Below, one piece after another: positions 52,907-64,000 of a stretch of 64,000 nucleotides of DNA. The DNA is taken from the NCBI RefSeq assembly GCF_009914755.1, contig NC_060927.1, one strand, 5' to 3'. Within the stretch, counting starts at the first letter, position 1, and each line of letters opens with the position of its first letter. The position numbers were made by a program, and so were the translations under genes. A model generated the notes under the pieces. It did no database searches. It saw only the letters and a list, made by a program, of their open reading frames with translations, and was not told the DNA's origin. Source of the DNA: the human T2T-CHM13v2.0 reference genome, Homo sapiens.

Positions 52907-53261
52907 GAGTACAGTTTCTTTATCCATTCATCCCTTCATCAATGAGTAGGTCATTTTCACAGCTTTGCTATTGTAAATAATGCTGCAATGAACATAAGCA
53001 GGTAGGTATCTTTATGAGATAGTGATTTCATTTCCTCTGGGTTTACATCCAGAAGAGGAATTGCTCAGTTATATTGTAGTTCTATTTTTAATTTCTTTAG
53101 AAATCTCCGTATTGTTTTTTATACTGACTGTGTCAATCTACATTTCCAATAGTGCAAAAAAATTTCCTTTATTTCCCAGCTTTGCCAACATTTGTTCAAT
53201 CTTTTGACTTTTTGATAATATCCATCTTAACAAATGTAAGGGTGTTATATCAAAGAAGGTT

Positions 53262-53480
53262 TTTGAAAAATATTTATTATTTATTGAAGTTTATTTTAAT
53301 TGACAAATAATTGTATATATTTATAGTGTGCAGTGTGATGTTTTGATGTATTCAGTCCTAAAAAAGGGGGAAATTATGTCATATTTGACAGTATAGAGTG
53401 AACCTGGAGAACATTATGCTAAGTGAAATAAGCTAGGCAAGAAAGACAAATATTGCATGATCTCAGTTATATGTGAAATT
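53262..53480. mobile_element. Short L1MA-type insertion with internal inversion
   Basis: Antisense L1 3' terminus (ttaattgacaaataattgtatatattt) joined near 53350 to a sense L1 3' UTR piece (gaacctggagaacattatgctaagtgaaataagc). Confidence 0.7.
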
Positions 53481-55989
53481 ATAGTGGTTTTAATTTGCAT
53501 TTTCTTGATGATTAACGATGTTGATTGCCTTTTAATATACCTATTGGCCATTTTTATGTCTTCTTTGGAGAAATGTCTATTAAGAGTTTTGCCTATTTTA
53601 AAATCAGGGTTTTTTTTTTTTCTGCTATTGAGTTGTGTGAGTTCATTATAAATTTTAAATATGAACTGTCCTCTTGAGTAAGACAGCAATGAACTCAATA
53701 ACCTCAGTCATCGCCCTTGAAATAATTATAATTTGATTCTACCTAATGTTCCTTAAAAATGTTCCCTAGACATTTATAAATTTTTTTCACCTTTGTTTCT
53801 TTTGTTGTTCCTGTATTGTACCTTTCATTGGTTCTTCTCCCTCTCCTCCTTCTCTTCTTCCTTCCAACTGTGAGTTAAAATTTTTTTATATATTACACTC
53901 TGTAATCTCTCTCTCTTTTTTTTTTTTACCACTTTCTACTTCAGTTACTGAATTTATATTTATTCTTAATTTCCAGAACACTTTCTTCCTTATTTTGCTT
54001 CTTGTGGTCTGTTTAGTTTTCTCTTTGTCTTTCATTCCCTTCCTTAAGTTTGGACTGCAAATGCCTTAATAATCTTTATAATTTTATACCTGTAATAATT
54101 GGCTTTACAATAATTTTTTGAATTGAGTTTCCTATTCTTCCTTGTCCTGTGCCTTTAAGATTTTAGAAAACTATCTTTTTTGACTCCAAATTGCTTTTCT
54201 GGATGAACTGCTCTGGAATATTCTCTAAAAAGTGGTGACAACAGTGGGATACTGTGAGAGGAAAGAATAATTGCTAACAATTTACCCTGTTTCATACCAT
54301 GTCAGGTTTCCACCCCTTGCTCCTAATCTCCAATCTTTCTCATATTTTGAACTCGGTTTAGATTTTTTTTTTTTTTACTTCCTCTGCATCCTATGCCCCT
54401 GTCATAAGGGAAGAGAGCAGGTATGAGGCTTTATCTGTGGAAGGTTCCTATTTTAAAGTTATTTCTGAGAAAATTTTCCTGAAATTAAAAGCGAAAAAAT
54501 TATACAGAAGCATGAAAATCAATGGATTTTTACAAAGCATAATATTCTGTAGTTTTGTTAAACAAATCCAATATGTGGAACATATTCAAAGCGTGGCCAA
54601 GTTAGGCTGACTCAGCACTCCACATGCTAAGCCCACAGTTACTGAGCTTGTCAAGGTGAGGATAGAGAATATAGACATCTTTTGAATACAGCTGCAAGGT
54701 GATGCTGTTTGGCTTCTGGATGGATTCCTACAGAGCTCATGGATAGAGTTTCTTCAAGTTCACTACAGTAACATGTCTGTACATTTGGTCGACGACTCAA
54801 TTACAGGTGAAAATGGCAGAATTTACTCAAATCCCTTATTTGGAATAGAGAATTGTAGAGCTCAGTTCTGGAAATAGTAGCCTAGGAATTATGTTTATTT
54901 TTGTTTTTGTCTGCATTAGAACATAGCCCTCTCAGGATTACTTTTTTTCAGGGAATAAAAAAGGCACATAGCTTACAAGATTGGTTAGCATTAAATTTGC
55001 TCACATTTCTATCTCTAACAGTCATTGAAATAGCCAGTGTTTTAGTTTTCATAAAACTTCTCTTGGTGAGAGGCTCTTTTATGTGTAGGAATACATATCA
55101 ATTAGTTTGCATGTTTGTGCATGTATGACAGATAAAAGGTTTGGAGAAGGTAGTCTTAAAGTATAAATCTGAGAGATATTCTTGTGGGTTTATATTTGTA
55201 TAAAAGTGAGAGCTGAATACCTGAGCTTGACGAGGCAGAAATTTCGGGTACTTATGTCAAGCACTCAAGTCAAGCTACAAGATAAGCCTCAGATCAGAGG
55301 TTTCTTCTGAAGCCTTCTGTATAACTGAACTGGAGAAACTTATGAAGTTGGTTCCCAAAAGAGAGTTATTCTCTTAGAATGATCAATCTCTGAACTTAGT
55401 GCACTAAGAATTAAATCTAAGAAAATCTCTAAATTGAAATCTCTTGAGTTATAAAAAATTAATATAGGCCTAATGGTATTTTAGATATTGAGAGTTTGGC
55501 AGGCAGGGGTTGATATGGTCACAGTTTAAAACAAACAATGCTAGGTTGCTCTGGACTGAAATAAAAAGAAACAATTTTATATTGCATATTCTGAGTATTA
55601 AGTTAAGTAGAAGCTGCTAGAAAATTAAATCTGTACATACAACAAGAATATTGAACATATATAAATACTAAATGCATCTTCACTGATATTTAAGACATCT
55701 ATACATTATTTGTATTTTTATTGTATGGGTTCCCTGAAGGACTATATCTTAGATTTCTTTTGAACTTGGAAGGTCCACCTATTTTTGTTTTGATGGTTTA
55801 TTGAGAAAACAAAGCATTTGCCTCATTGTACCCTGTACTGTTCAGAAAGTCTTACTTTGAAACATTAGCTGAGTTTGACTGGTGGGACTCTGTTTTATAC
55901 CAGCTTTATGTCTATTGATTTGTAAGCATTTTGCTCCCAGACACTTGACTGCAGATGGGATTTCTGAAATTAGTGGCAGGTATACTCCC

Positions 55990-56815
55990 TTACATGGAAC
56001 TACTACAATTGGTTGATTCATTTGTCTACTGATGGATAGTAGATTGATTACAGTTTTTGACTATTCAAAAAAGCTGCGATGAACATATTTTTTAAGTCTT
56101 TATATGAGCATATGCTTTCATTTGGGTAAATAAAAGGAGTGGAATGGCTAGATTATGTGGTACATGTATATTTAACTTTTAAAGAAAGGATAAAGTGTTT
56201 TCCAAACTTCTAGTACTATTTTATACTCCCACCAGCAGTGTATGAGAGTTTCAATTCCTCCACATCTTTGTAACACTTAGTTTGGTCAACCTTTTAAATT
56301 TTAGTTATTCAAGAAGTTATTTAGTGGTATCTCATGTGATTTTAATTTGGATTCCTCTAAAGAATAATGATATTGACATATTTTCATGTACTTACATCCC
56401 ATTCCAAATCATCTTTGGAGAACTGTTCAAATATTTAGCTAATTTTTTATTTGATTGCTTGCTTTCCTATTGAATTTTGAGAGTTTTCTCTATATATGAT
56501 TGATACAAGTCTTTATTAGATAATGCTTTGCAAATATTACTCTATTTTTATGTTTTTTTCATTTTCTTAACAGTGTCTTATGAAGAGAAGAAGTTTTAAA
56601 TTTTGATAAAGTTCAATTTATTCGTTTGTTCTTTTACTGATTGAGCTTTTGGTTTCACATCTAAAAATCTATGCTCAACCCCAAATCACAAACTTTAAAA
56701 AAATTTTTGTTCCAGAACTTATATAGTTTTAGGTTTTACAGTAGATCCATGATCTTATTATGAATTGATTTTTGTATTTACTTTGAGGTATGAATCACAT
56801 TTCTTTTTTATACAT
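55990..56815 (-). mobile_element. Old L1M fragment
   Basis: ggagtggaatggct, cccaccagcagtgtatgagagtt, agaagttttaaattttgataaagttcaattta. Confidence 0.8.
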
Positions 56816-56819
56816 GTGT

Positions 56820-58845
56820 CTTTTTTCCAGTTTTATTGATGTATAATTGATAAAGTTATATGTATTTAGGGTTTACAATGTAATATTTTGATATATGTAT
56901 ACATTGTGAAGTAATTACAGTAACAAAGCTAATTAGCATATCTATCAACTCATAGTTACCATTATTTTGTGTGTGTGTGGTGAGAACACATCAGAAATAC
57001 TTCCTTTCAAATTTCAACTATACGGTGCATTATTATTAACCTCTTATACCCTATGACCAATATCTCCCATTTTCCCTTATCCCTTAGTCCTTTGTATCTG
57101 TCATTCTACTCTGTTACTGTGTGTTTGACCTTTTATTAGGTTTCACATATAAGTGAGATCATGCATATTTGTCTTTCTGAGTCTGTCTTATTTCACTTAG
57201 TGTAATGTCTTCTGGCCTTATCCATGTTGTTGCAAATGGAAGGATTTCCTTCTTTTTTAGGGCTGAATAATATTCCATTGTTTGTACACACACACATCAC
57301 ATTTTCTCTATACATTCATCTACTGACTGACTCAGAATGGTTTTCATATCTTGGCTATTATACATAATGCTGCAATCTCTTGGAGATGCCAATTTAATTT
57401 ATTTTGGTATATACCTAGAAGTGGAATTGCTTGATCATATGGTATTTCTGTTCTTAAATTTTTTAGGAATCTCCATACTATTTTTTACAATGGCTGTACC
57501 AATTTATATACATACCAGTAGGTTCTTTTTTCCCCACATCCTTGCCAACATTTATCTTTTGACTGTTTGATAAAGGCCATTCTAACAGGTGACAGGTGTT
57601 ATCTCATTGTAGTTTTTGATTTTCATTTCCCTGATGATTAGTGATGTTGAACATCTTTTCATATACCTGCTGACTATATGTATATTTTCTTTTGAGAAAC
57701 GTTTATTCAGGTCCTTTGCCTATTTTTCAATTGGCTATTTTTTTCTATTGAGTTGTGTAAGTTTCTTATGTATTTTGGATATTAACTATTTATCGGATAT
57801 ATGGTTTGCACATATTTTCTCTTATTCTGTGAGCTACCTTTTCATTTTATTGATTGTTTCCTTTGTTATGCAAGAATTTTTCAGTTTGCTGTAGTCCTAC
57901 TTATTTAGTTTTGCTTTTGTCATCTGTGCCTTTGGCATCATATAAAAAAATCATTACTAAAACTAACATCATGGAGATTTTTTCTATGTATTTTTGTAGG
58001 AGTTTTATGGTTTCAGGTACATTTAAGTCTTTAATCCATTATGAATTAATTGATTTTTGTGTAAGGTCTAAGAGAAGGGTCCTATTTAATGATTTTTTTT
58101 TTTGAGTGTGGATATCCAGTTTTCATAACATTATTTATTTAAGAGTCCATTATTTCCCCATATTCTTAGTACCTTTGTTGAAGATTGATTGACTGCATAT
58201 GTATGGGTTTATTTCTGGGCTTTCCAATCTGTTCCATTAGCTTATGTGTCTAATTTTATGCTGCTACCATACTGTTCTGATTACTGTAGATTTGTAATAT
58301 AGTATGAAATCAGGAAGTGTGCTTACTCCAATTACTTCTGTTCAAGATTGCTTTAGCTATCAGGATATTTTATGTTTCCATGAATTTTGCAATTGCTTTT
58401 TCTATTTCTGCAAGCAATGCTATTGGAATTTTGATATGGGTTCCAGTGGATTTGTAGATTTTTTGGGTAGTTTGAACATTTTAACAATATTCCTTCTTTC
58501 AATCCATGAACATGAGATATTTTTCCACTTATTTGAGTTTTCACCAATTCTTTTATCAGTTGTTTTATACTTTTCAGTGAGTAGAACTTTCATCTCCTTG
58601 GTTAATTTTTTTTGTAAGTATTTTATTCTGTTTCATGCTATTGTAAATGCTATTGTTTTTCTTTATTTCTTTTTTTGGACAGTTTGCTGTTAATGTATAA
58701 AAATGCAGCTGATTTTTGTATGTTTATTTTGTATCCTACAACTTTACTGAATTTGCTTGTTCTAATAGTTTTTGGGGTGGGCTTTAGGGTTTTCTATGTA
58801 TGATTATGTTATCTGCAGAGACAATTTTACTTCTTCCTTTCCTTT
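56820..58845 (-). mobile_element. L1MA8/9-like, about 2 kb 3' portion, nested in older L1
   Basis: ttttattgatgtataattga...catagttacc...aagtgagatcatgca...ORF2-antisense to atctgcagagacaattttacttcttcc. Confidence 0.85.
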
Positions 58846-59596
58846 TTTTTTTTTCAGATGTGCATCCAATTCTTACAGAACCATTTGAAAATACTGATTT
58901 TTTCTCCAATGAATTGCTTATACACTTTTGTCAAAAAATCTGCGGTTTTAATACATGTGTCTTTTTCCCAACTGTGTATTTTGTTCCATTTACTTGTTTG
59001 TCTACCTTTATGCTAATACTAGACTGTTTTGGCTATTGCTGTTTTTTAATAAGACTTGACGTCAGGTAATTGTTGGTCTTTCAGCTTTTTTCCTTTACAA
59101 AGAAAGTTTTCTTGAATAGATATTCAAACTTTTTTGCATTCCAACCCTTCACCCAGATTTTTCTTATATTAACATCTAAACATCTAACGTACCAGGGTAT
59201 GTTTATAAAAAAAATAAATAACAGGGGTACAATATCCTTAACAGACTTTAATAGCATTTTACCATTCTTTTTCTATGAAGGGCTTTTTACTGAGCGAGGA
59301 TTCAATATAGAATACCATTTTGCATTTAGTCATTAGGTTTAAATTTCTCCAATCTGTGAATATTCTGTTTCCTTAATTTTTACTGACTTTGACACTTTTA
59401 AAGAGTACTGTTAAAATATTTTGTCAAATTTGGTCTTGTCTGGTGTTTTCCTATGAAAAGACTGGGTTTATGAATTTGGGGGAAGTGTATTTTACCTTTT
59501 ACATATTGTTGGATTTGACTGGCTAAAATTTGGCTTACCTTTTTTTTAATCTATATTTATAAGAAATATTGATGCATAGTTGCTTTTTAAAAAATC

Positions 59597-59943
59597 GACT
59601 GGGTATGGTGGCTCACCCCTGTAATCCCAGCACTTTGGGAGGCCGAGGTGGATGGATCACCTGAGGTCAGGCATTTGAGACAAGCCTGGCAAACATGGTG
59701 AAACCCAGTCTCTACTAAAAATATAAAAAATTAGCTGGGCATGGTGGCAGTCTCCTGTGATCCCAGCTACTCAGGAGGCTGAGGCAGGAGAATCGCTTGA
59801 ACTGGGAGGCAGAGGTTGCAGTGAGCCGAGATCGTGCTATTGCACTCTAGCCTGGGTGAAAGAGTGAGACTCAGTCTCAAAATAAAATAAAATAAAATAA
59901 AATAAAATAAAATAAAATAAAATAAAATAAAATAAAATAAAAT
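59597..59943 (+). mobile_element. AluS with (AAAAT)13 tail
   Basis: gggtatggtggctcacccctgtaatcccagc...gtctc then 13 AAAAT units. Confidence 0.95.
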
Positions 59944-60328
59944 CTAGTAGTTTTTAACATAGCTTGAGTTGAAAATAAATCCTCCATTTTAATTTTATGA
60001 AATAGTTTGTGTAGAATTGGCATTATTTCTTTCTTAAAGACTTGATAGGGTCATCAACGAAGTCATCAGACTCTGAAATTTCTTCTATGGGAAGCCTTTA
60101 AACTCAAATTCAACTTATTTACTAGAGATAGGGGAATTTAGGTTTTCTATTTGTTCTTGAGTGAGCTTTGGAAATTTGTGTCTTTCAAGAAATATCTCTC
60201 TTTCATATGAGTTGTCTCATTTATTGGCATAATATTCTTCAGGTTTTTTTGGTTATCCTTTTTAATATCAGTAGTGTGTAGTGTCTGCAGTAACATCACC
60301 TCTCTTAATCCTGATATTTGTAATTGTG

Positions 60329-60638
60329 GTTTTTTTTTTTTTTTTTTTTTTTTTTTGAGACGGAGTCTTGCTCTGTCACCCAGGCTTGAGTGCAGTGGCT
60401 TGATCTTGGCTCACTGCCTCCTCTGCCTCTCGAGTTCAAGCAATTCTCCTGCCTCAGGCATCTGAGTAGCTGGGATTACAGGCATGCGCCACCACGCCTG
60501 GCTAATTTTTGTGTTTTTAGTAGAGATGGGGTTTTGCCATGTTGGCCAGGCTGGTCTCGAACTCCTTATCTCAAGTGATCCTCTTGCCTTGGCCTTCCAA
60601 AATGTTGAGACTACAGGCGTAAGACACCATGCCCAGCC
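60329..60638 (-). mobile_element. AluS
   Basis: T28 tail, gagacggagtcttgctctgtcacccagg...accatgcccagcc. Confidence 0.95.
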
Positions 60639-62991
60639 CTCTTTGTTTTTAATTCTTTATCTGTATGGCCAAATGTTTTCAATTTTATTTATTTTCTGAA
60701 AGAACCACCTATCAATATACTTGATTATCTAGTTTCCATCTCATTGGCTTCTCCTTTAATCTCTACTGTTTTCTTTCTTCTACTTAATTTTAGTTTAATG
60801 TGCTCTTCTTTTTTTTATTTCTTAAGGAGGAAGCTAATGTCATTAATTTGAGAACTTCCTGCCTTTTTGATACTGTCATTTATTGTTACAGATAGCTCCC
60901 CTTCCTATGTTCAGCTTCAGGAACATCCCACACATTCTTGATACACCGTATAAAATGTATATGTAGTATAAATATGAAAAGTATTCACAGATATTTCTGG
61001 TATTAATTTATTATTTAATGTCATTGCTAAATCTGAGACCATACTGCGCATTATTTGAACTCACTTAAATTTATTGACACTTGTTGTATGGTTTACAATA
61101 TTGCTGTGAATATTCCATGTCCACTTAAAAGAACAATTTGGAGTTGAATATTCTATGAATATCAGTTAGCTCAAGTTAGTTGATGGCATTTTTGAAATTT
61201 TGTATACCCTTACTGATTTCCTGCTTATTCCTATTTATTAATGAAAAAGAGTTATTGCAATTTCCAATGATAAGTTTTCTATTTATTAGGAATATGTCTT
61301 GAAAAAGGAAGTAGGATGAAGTAGCAAGGAGCATCTGTGCATTAACAGGGAAGTAAAAAATACAAAAGAACTAGACATAGAAAACTGTGACCTTTCCTGG
61401 ATTGCTAGGCATTTATCTCTTCTCCTCAAAACTTTCAAGCACCCTCTCATATTTGCAATAGGATACCTGTGTTTTTATTGAATTTTTAGAGATAATTATA
61501 TATGAAGTATCCATGATTATCATAAATCCTGTTAAATATCGGTATTGAAGAAAATTTGTGACCCATACGTATTTACTCAGTAAGCAATGACTTCATTTCC
61601 TGAATTTTAATATATTATTGATTCTATTAAGTTTTCTATATTCTAAATTAGGGTTTTAATAATATAATATGCATGTAGAGGGAATTTAATTTCTGCCTTT
61701 TCAAAGGTTATGTCTCATTTTTTATTCTTGTTTTGTTTTGTTTTCTTCTTTAATACATTGGCCAGATTTTCCTAAACAATGTTAAATGCAGTAGTGATAG
61801 TAAATATGCTAATCTTTTATCAACTTGTAGTGGGACTAGCTCACATTTAACTACCATGTGAATAGTTTGTTTTTGCTTTCATATGTTTGTTATCATTAAG
61901 TAACTAGTTTTTCTTAGTAGTTTACAGAGTTTTATGAGAAATGGAAGTTGGATGTTATCAAATGAGTGTTTAAAACATCTATTAAGATTTATTTGTGAAT
62001 TATGAAAATGACAAAGTATAGTGCTTCCTAATAATATAACATCATTGTTTTTTTTAAGATCAACTTGGGTCACAATAGACTATTTTATTATACTGTTAAA
62101 TTTAGTGTTTTATTTTATTTGGGAATTTCTGCGAATGAACTAAGTGAATTGCTCTATTCCTTTTAAACTTTGAACTATTTTTATCATGTTTTAATGTCTG
62201 AATGACATACAGCAGTTTCACAGAACAAACGGATAATTTTTCTATATTTATGGTACTCTGAAAATGTTCATATAACATTATAAATATCTGTTTATTCAAA
62301 GTTTGAAGGAACTCAATTATAAAAATAATTTGGACTATTTCAGTTAATTCTTTCATGGTGGTATTTTTTTTCTCCCATATTTATAGCCTCATTGAATTTT
62401 CTCCCATTTTTTAGTTATCTGTATGTAATATTTACATGCTTCTAGCAAAATACTTTCTTTGAAATGGAAGTGTCATTTTGCCAAGTCTGAAACTGGGACA
62501 CATTCAGAAATGCTATTTTTCTCTGGTTTCTATCTCAAATAGGCTCTTGTTAGTTCTATTTGTTTTGAATTTGATTATTCCTCTTTATATGATAGCAGGA
62601 TTTAAACATTACGTTCTTCACTACCTGCCCCCACCTCACTCTCCAACTCTCTCTCGTTAAGTTTTCATCACATCTGAATACCAGATCTTGGTTTACTCTT
62701 TAATGTTTCACCTTTCAGTGCAATTTTGTTTCGGATGTGTCTTTTTAAATTAGCATCATCATCATTTTTTATACTTTTTATTGAAATAAAGGAACAAACA
62801 AAAATACACATACTGTAAGTGTTAAAGCTCCATTATCACTAAGTGAATTCATCCATGCAATCTTCATCCAGATCAGGAAACAGAATATTACCAGTAGCTC
62901 CAACTCTCTACCTCCTCAAGTGTATTATTATCCTGACTATAAAATTAGGAAGTATTTTTTGTGTGTATGATTCTTTTTATTAAACATTTTG

Positions 62992-63290
<299 letters not shown>

Positions 63291-63457
63291 ACATTATTTT
63301 GTAGTTGTATCGTGCTATATATTCTGTTAATTTTCATTGTTGTTTCGTAATTACTGAAGAACTATATTACGATTTATTTACATATTCTGCTATTGATTGA
63401 CAGTTGATTACAGTTTGGAATATAAACTTTTAAAAATGTATAAAAAATACTAATTTA

Positions 63458-63761
<304 letters not shown>

Positions 63762-63955
63762 CTAATTTAATGGTAAAGCTAAGAAATTTTCCAAAGGAGT
63801 TGTATCAACTTAACATTTTCACCAGCAGTTTCTTGGTATTTTATTTAATCTGTATACTCACCAATTATTGCTTTTTTTAGTTTTAATTTTATGTTAGTCA
63901 CATTCTGATAATGTGTAGCAATATCTCTCTGTTGTTTAAATATGCACTTTATTGA

Positions 63956-64000
63956 TTTTTTATTTTTATGAGACAGTGTCTAATTCTGTCACCCAAGCTG
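63956..64000 (-). mobile_element. Alu 3' end (runs off window)
   Basis: ttttttatttttatgagacagtgtctaattctgtcacccaagctg. Confidence 0.75.

Larger units (their letters stand above)
52365..53680 (-). mobile_element. L1MA-type 3' region with two nested L1 insertions
   Basis: aattttattgtgcatatttaaggtatacaacatgatg...gtggttttaatttgcattttcttgatg...tctttggagaaatgtctatt. Confidence 0.85.
58855..61270 (-). mobile_element. Old L1M continuation, interrupted by two Alus
   Basis: T-rich antisense ORF2-like motifs (ttgttggatttga, gtagaattggcattatttc, ttgaatattctatgaatatcagttag); boundaries approximate. Confidence 0.65.

Noticed and set aside
57337-59336. Several hydrophobic ORFs
   Set aside because: Antisense frames of decayed L1MA; no intact ORF2

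Overview
AT-rich primate genomic DNA, almost certainly human (it carries a near-intact AluYa-lineage insertion). It is intergenic or deep-intronic, and I cannot place the locus from sequence alone. I find no credible protein-coding exon: the long ORFs in the track come from Alu, THE1, L1 or low-complexity sequence, or are unsupported. The window is mostly interspersed repeats: about 17 Alu/FLAM copies, many old L1M/L1P fragments (nested stack at about 52-64 kb), a near-full THE1C-like MaLR provirus, MLT1, MER31-like, LTR33/16-like and MER39-like LTRs, DNA transposon relics (MER1A, Tigger3, Charlie1/MER33, MER5, MER81/94), MIR/L2 relics and STRs. Repeat subfamily names are from memory of consensus sequences and need RepeatMasker/Dfam confirmation. 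There is one hY1 Y RNA pseudogene with an L1PB fragment in its tail. The most notable non-repeat signals are (i) a perfect 37-bp-arm inverted repeat at 51.9 kb plus two other hairpin/palindrome sites, and (ii) a repeat-poor 8-13 kb block with a TATA/Inr, a duplicated 18-bp motif around a kB site, a candidate non-coding exon and an ETS-ETS-GATA-RUNX-E-box cluster. I do not see evidence for a wholly new biological system; the findings are testable candidates.
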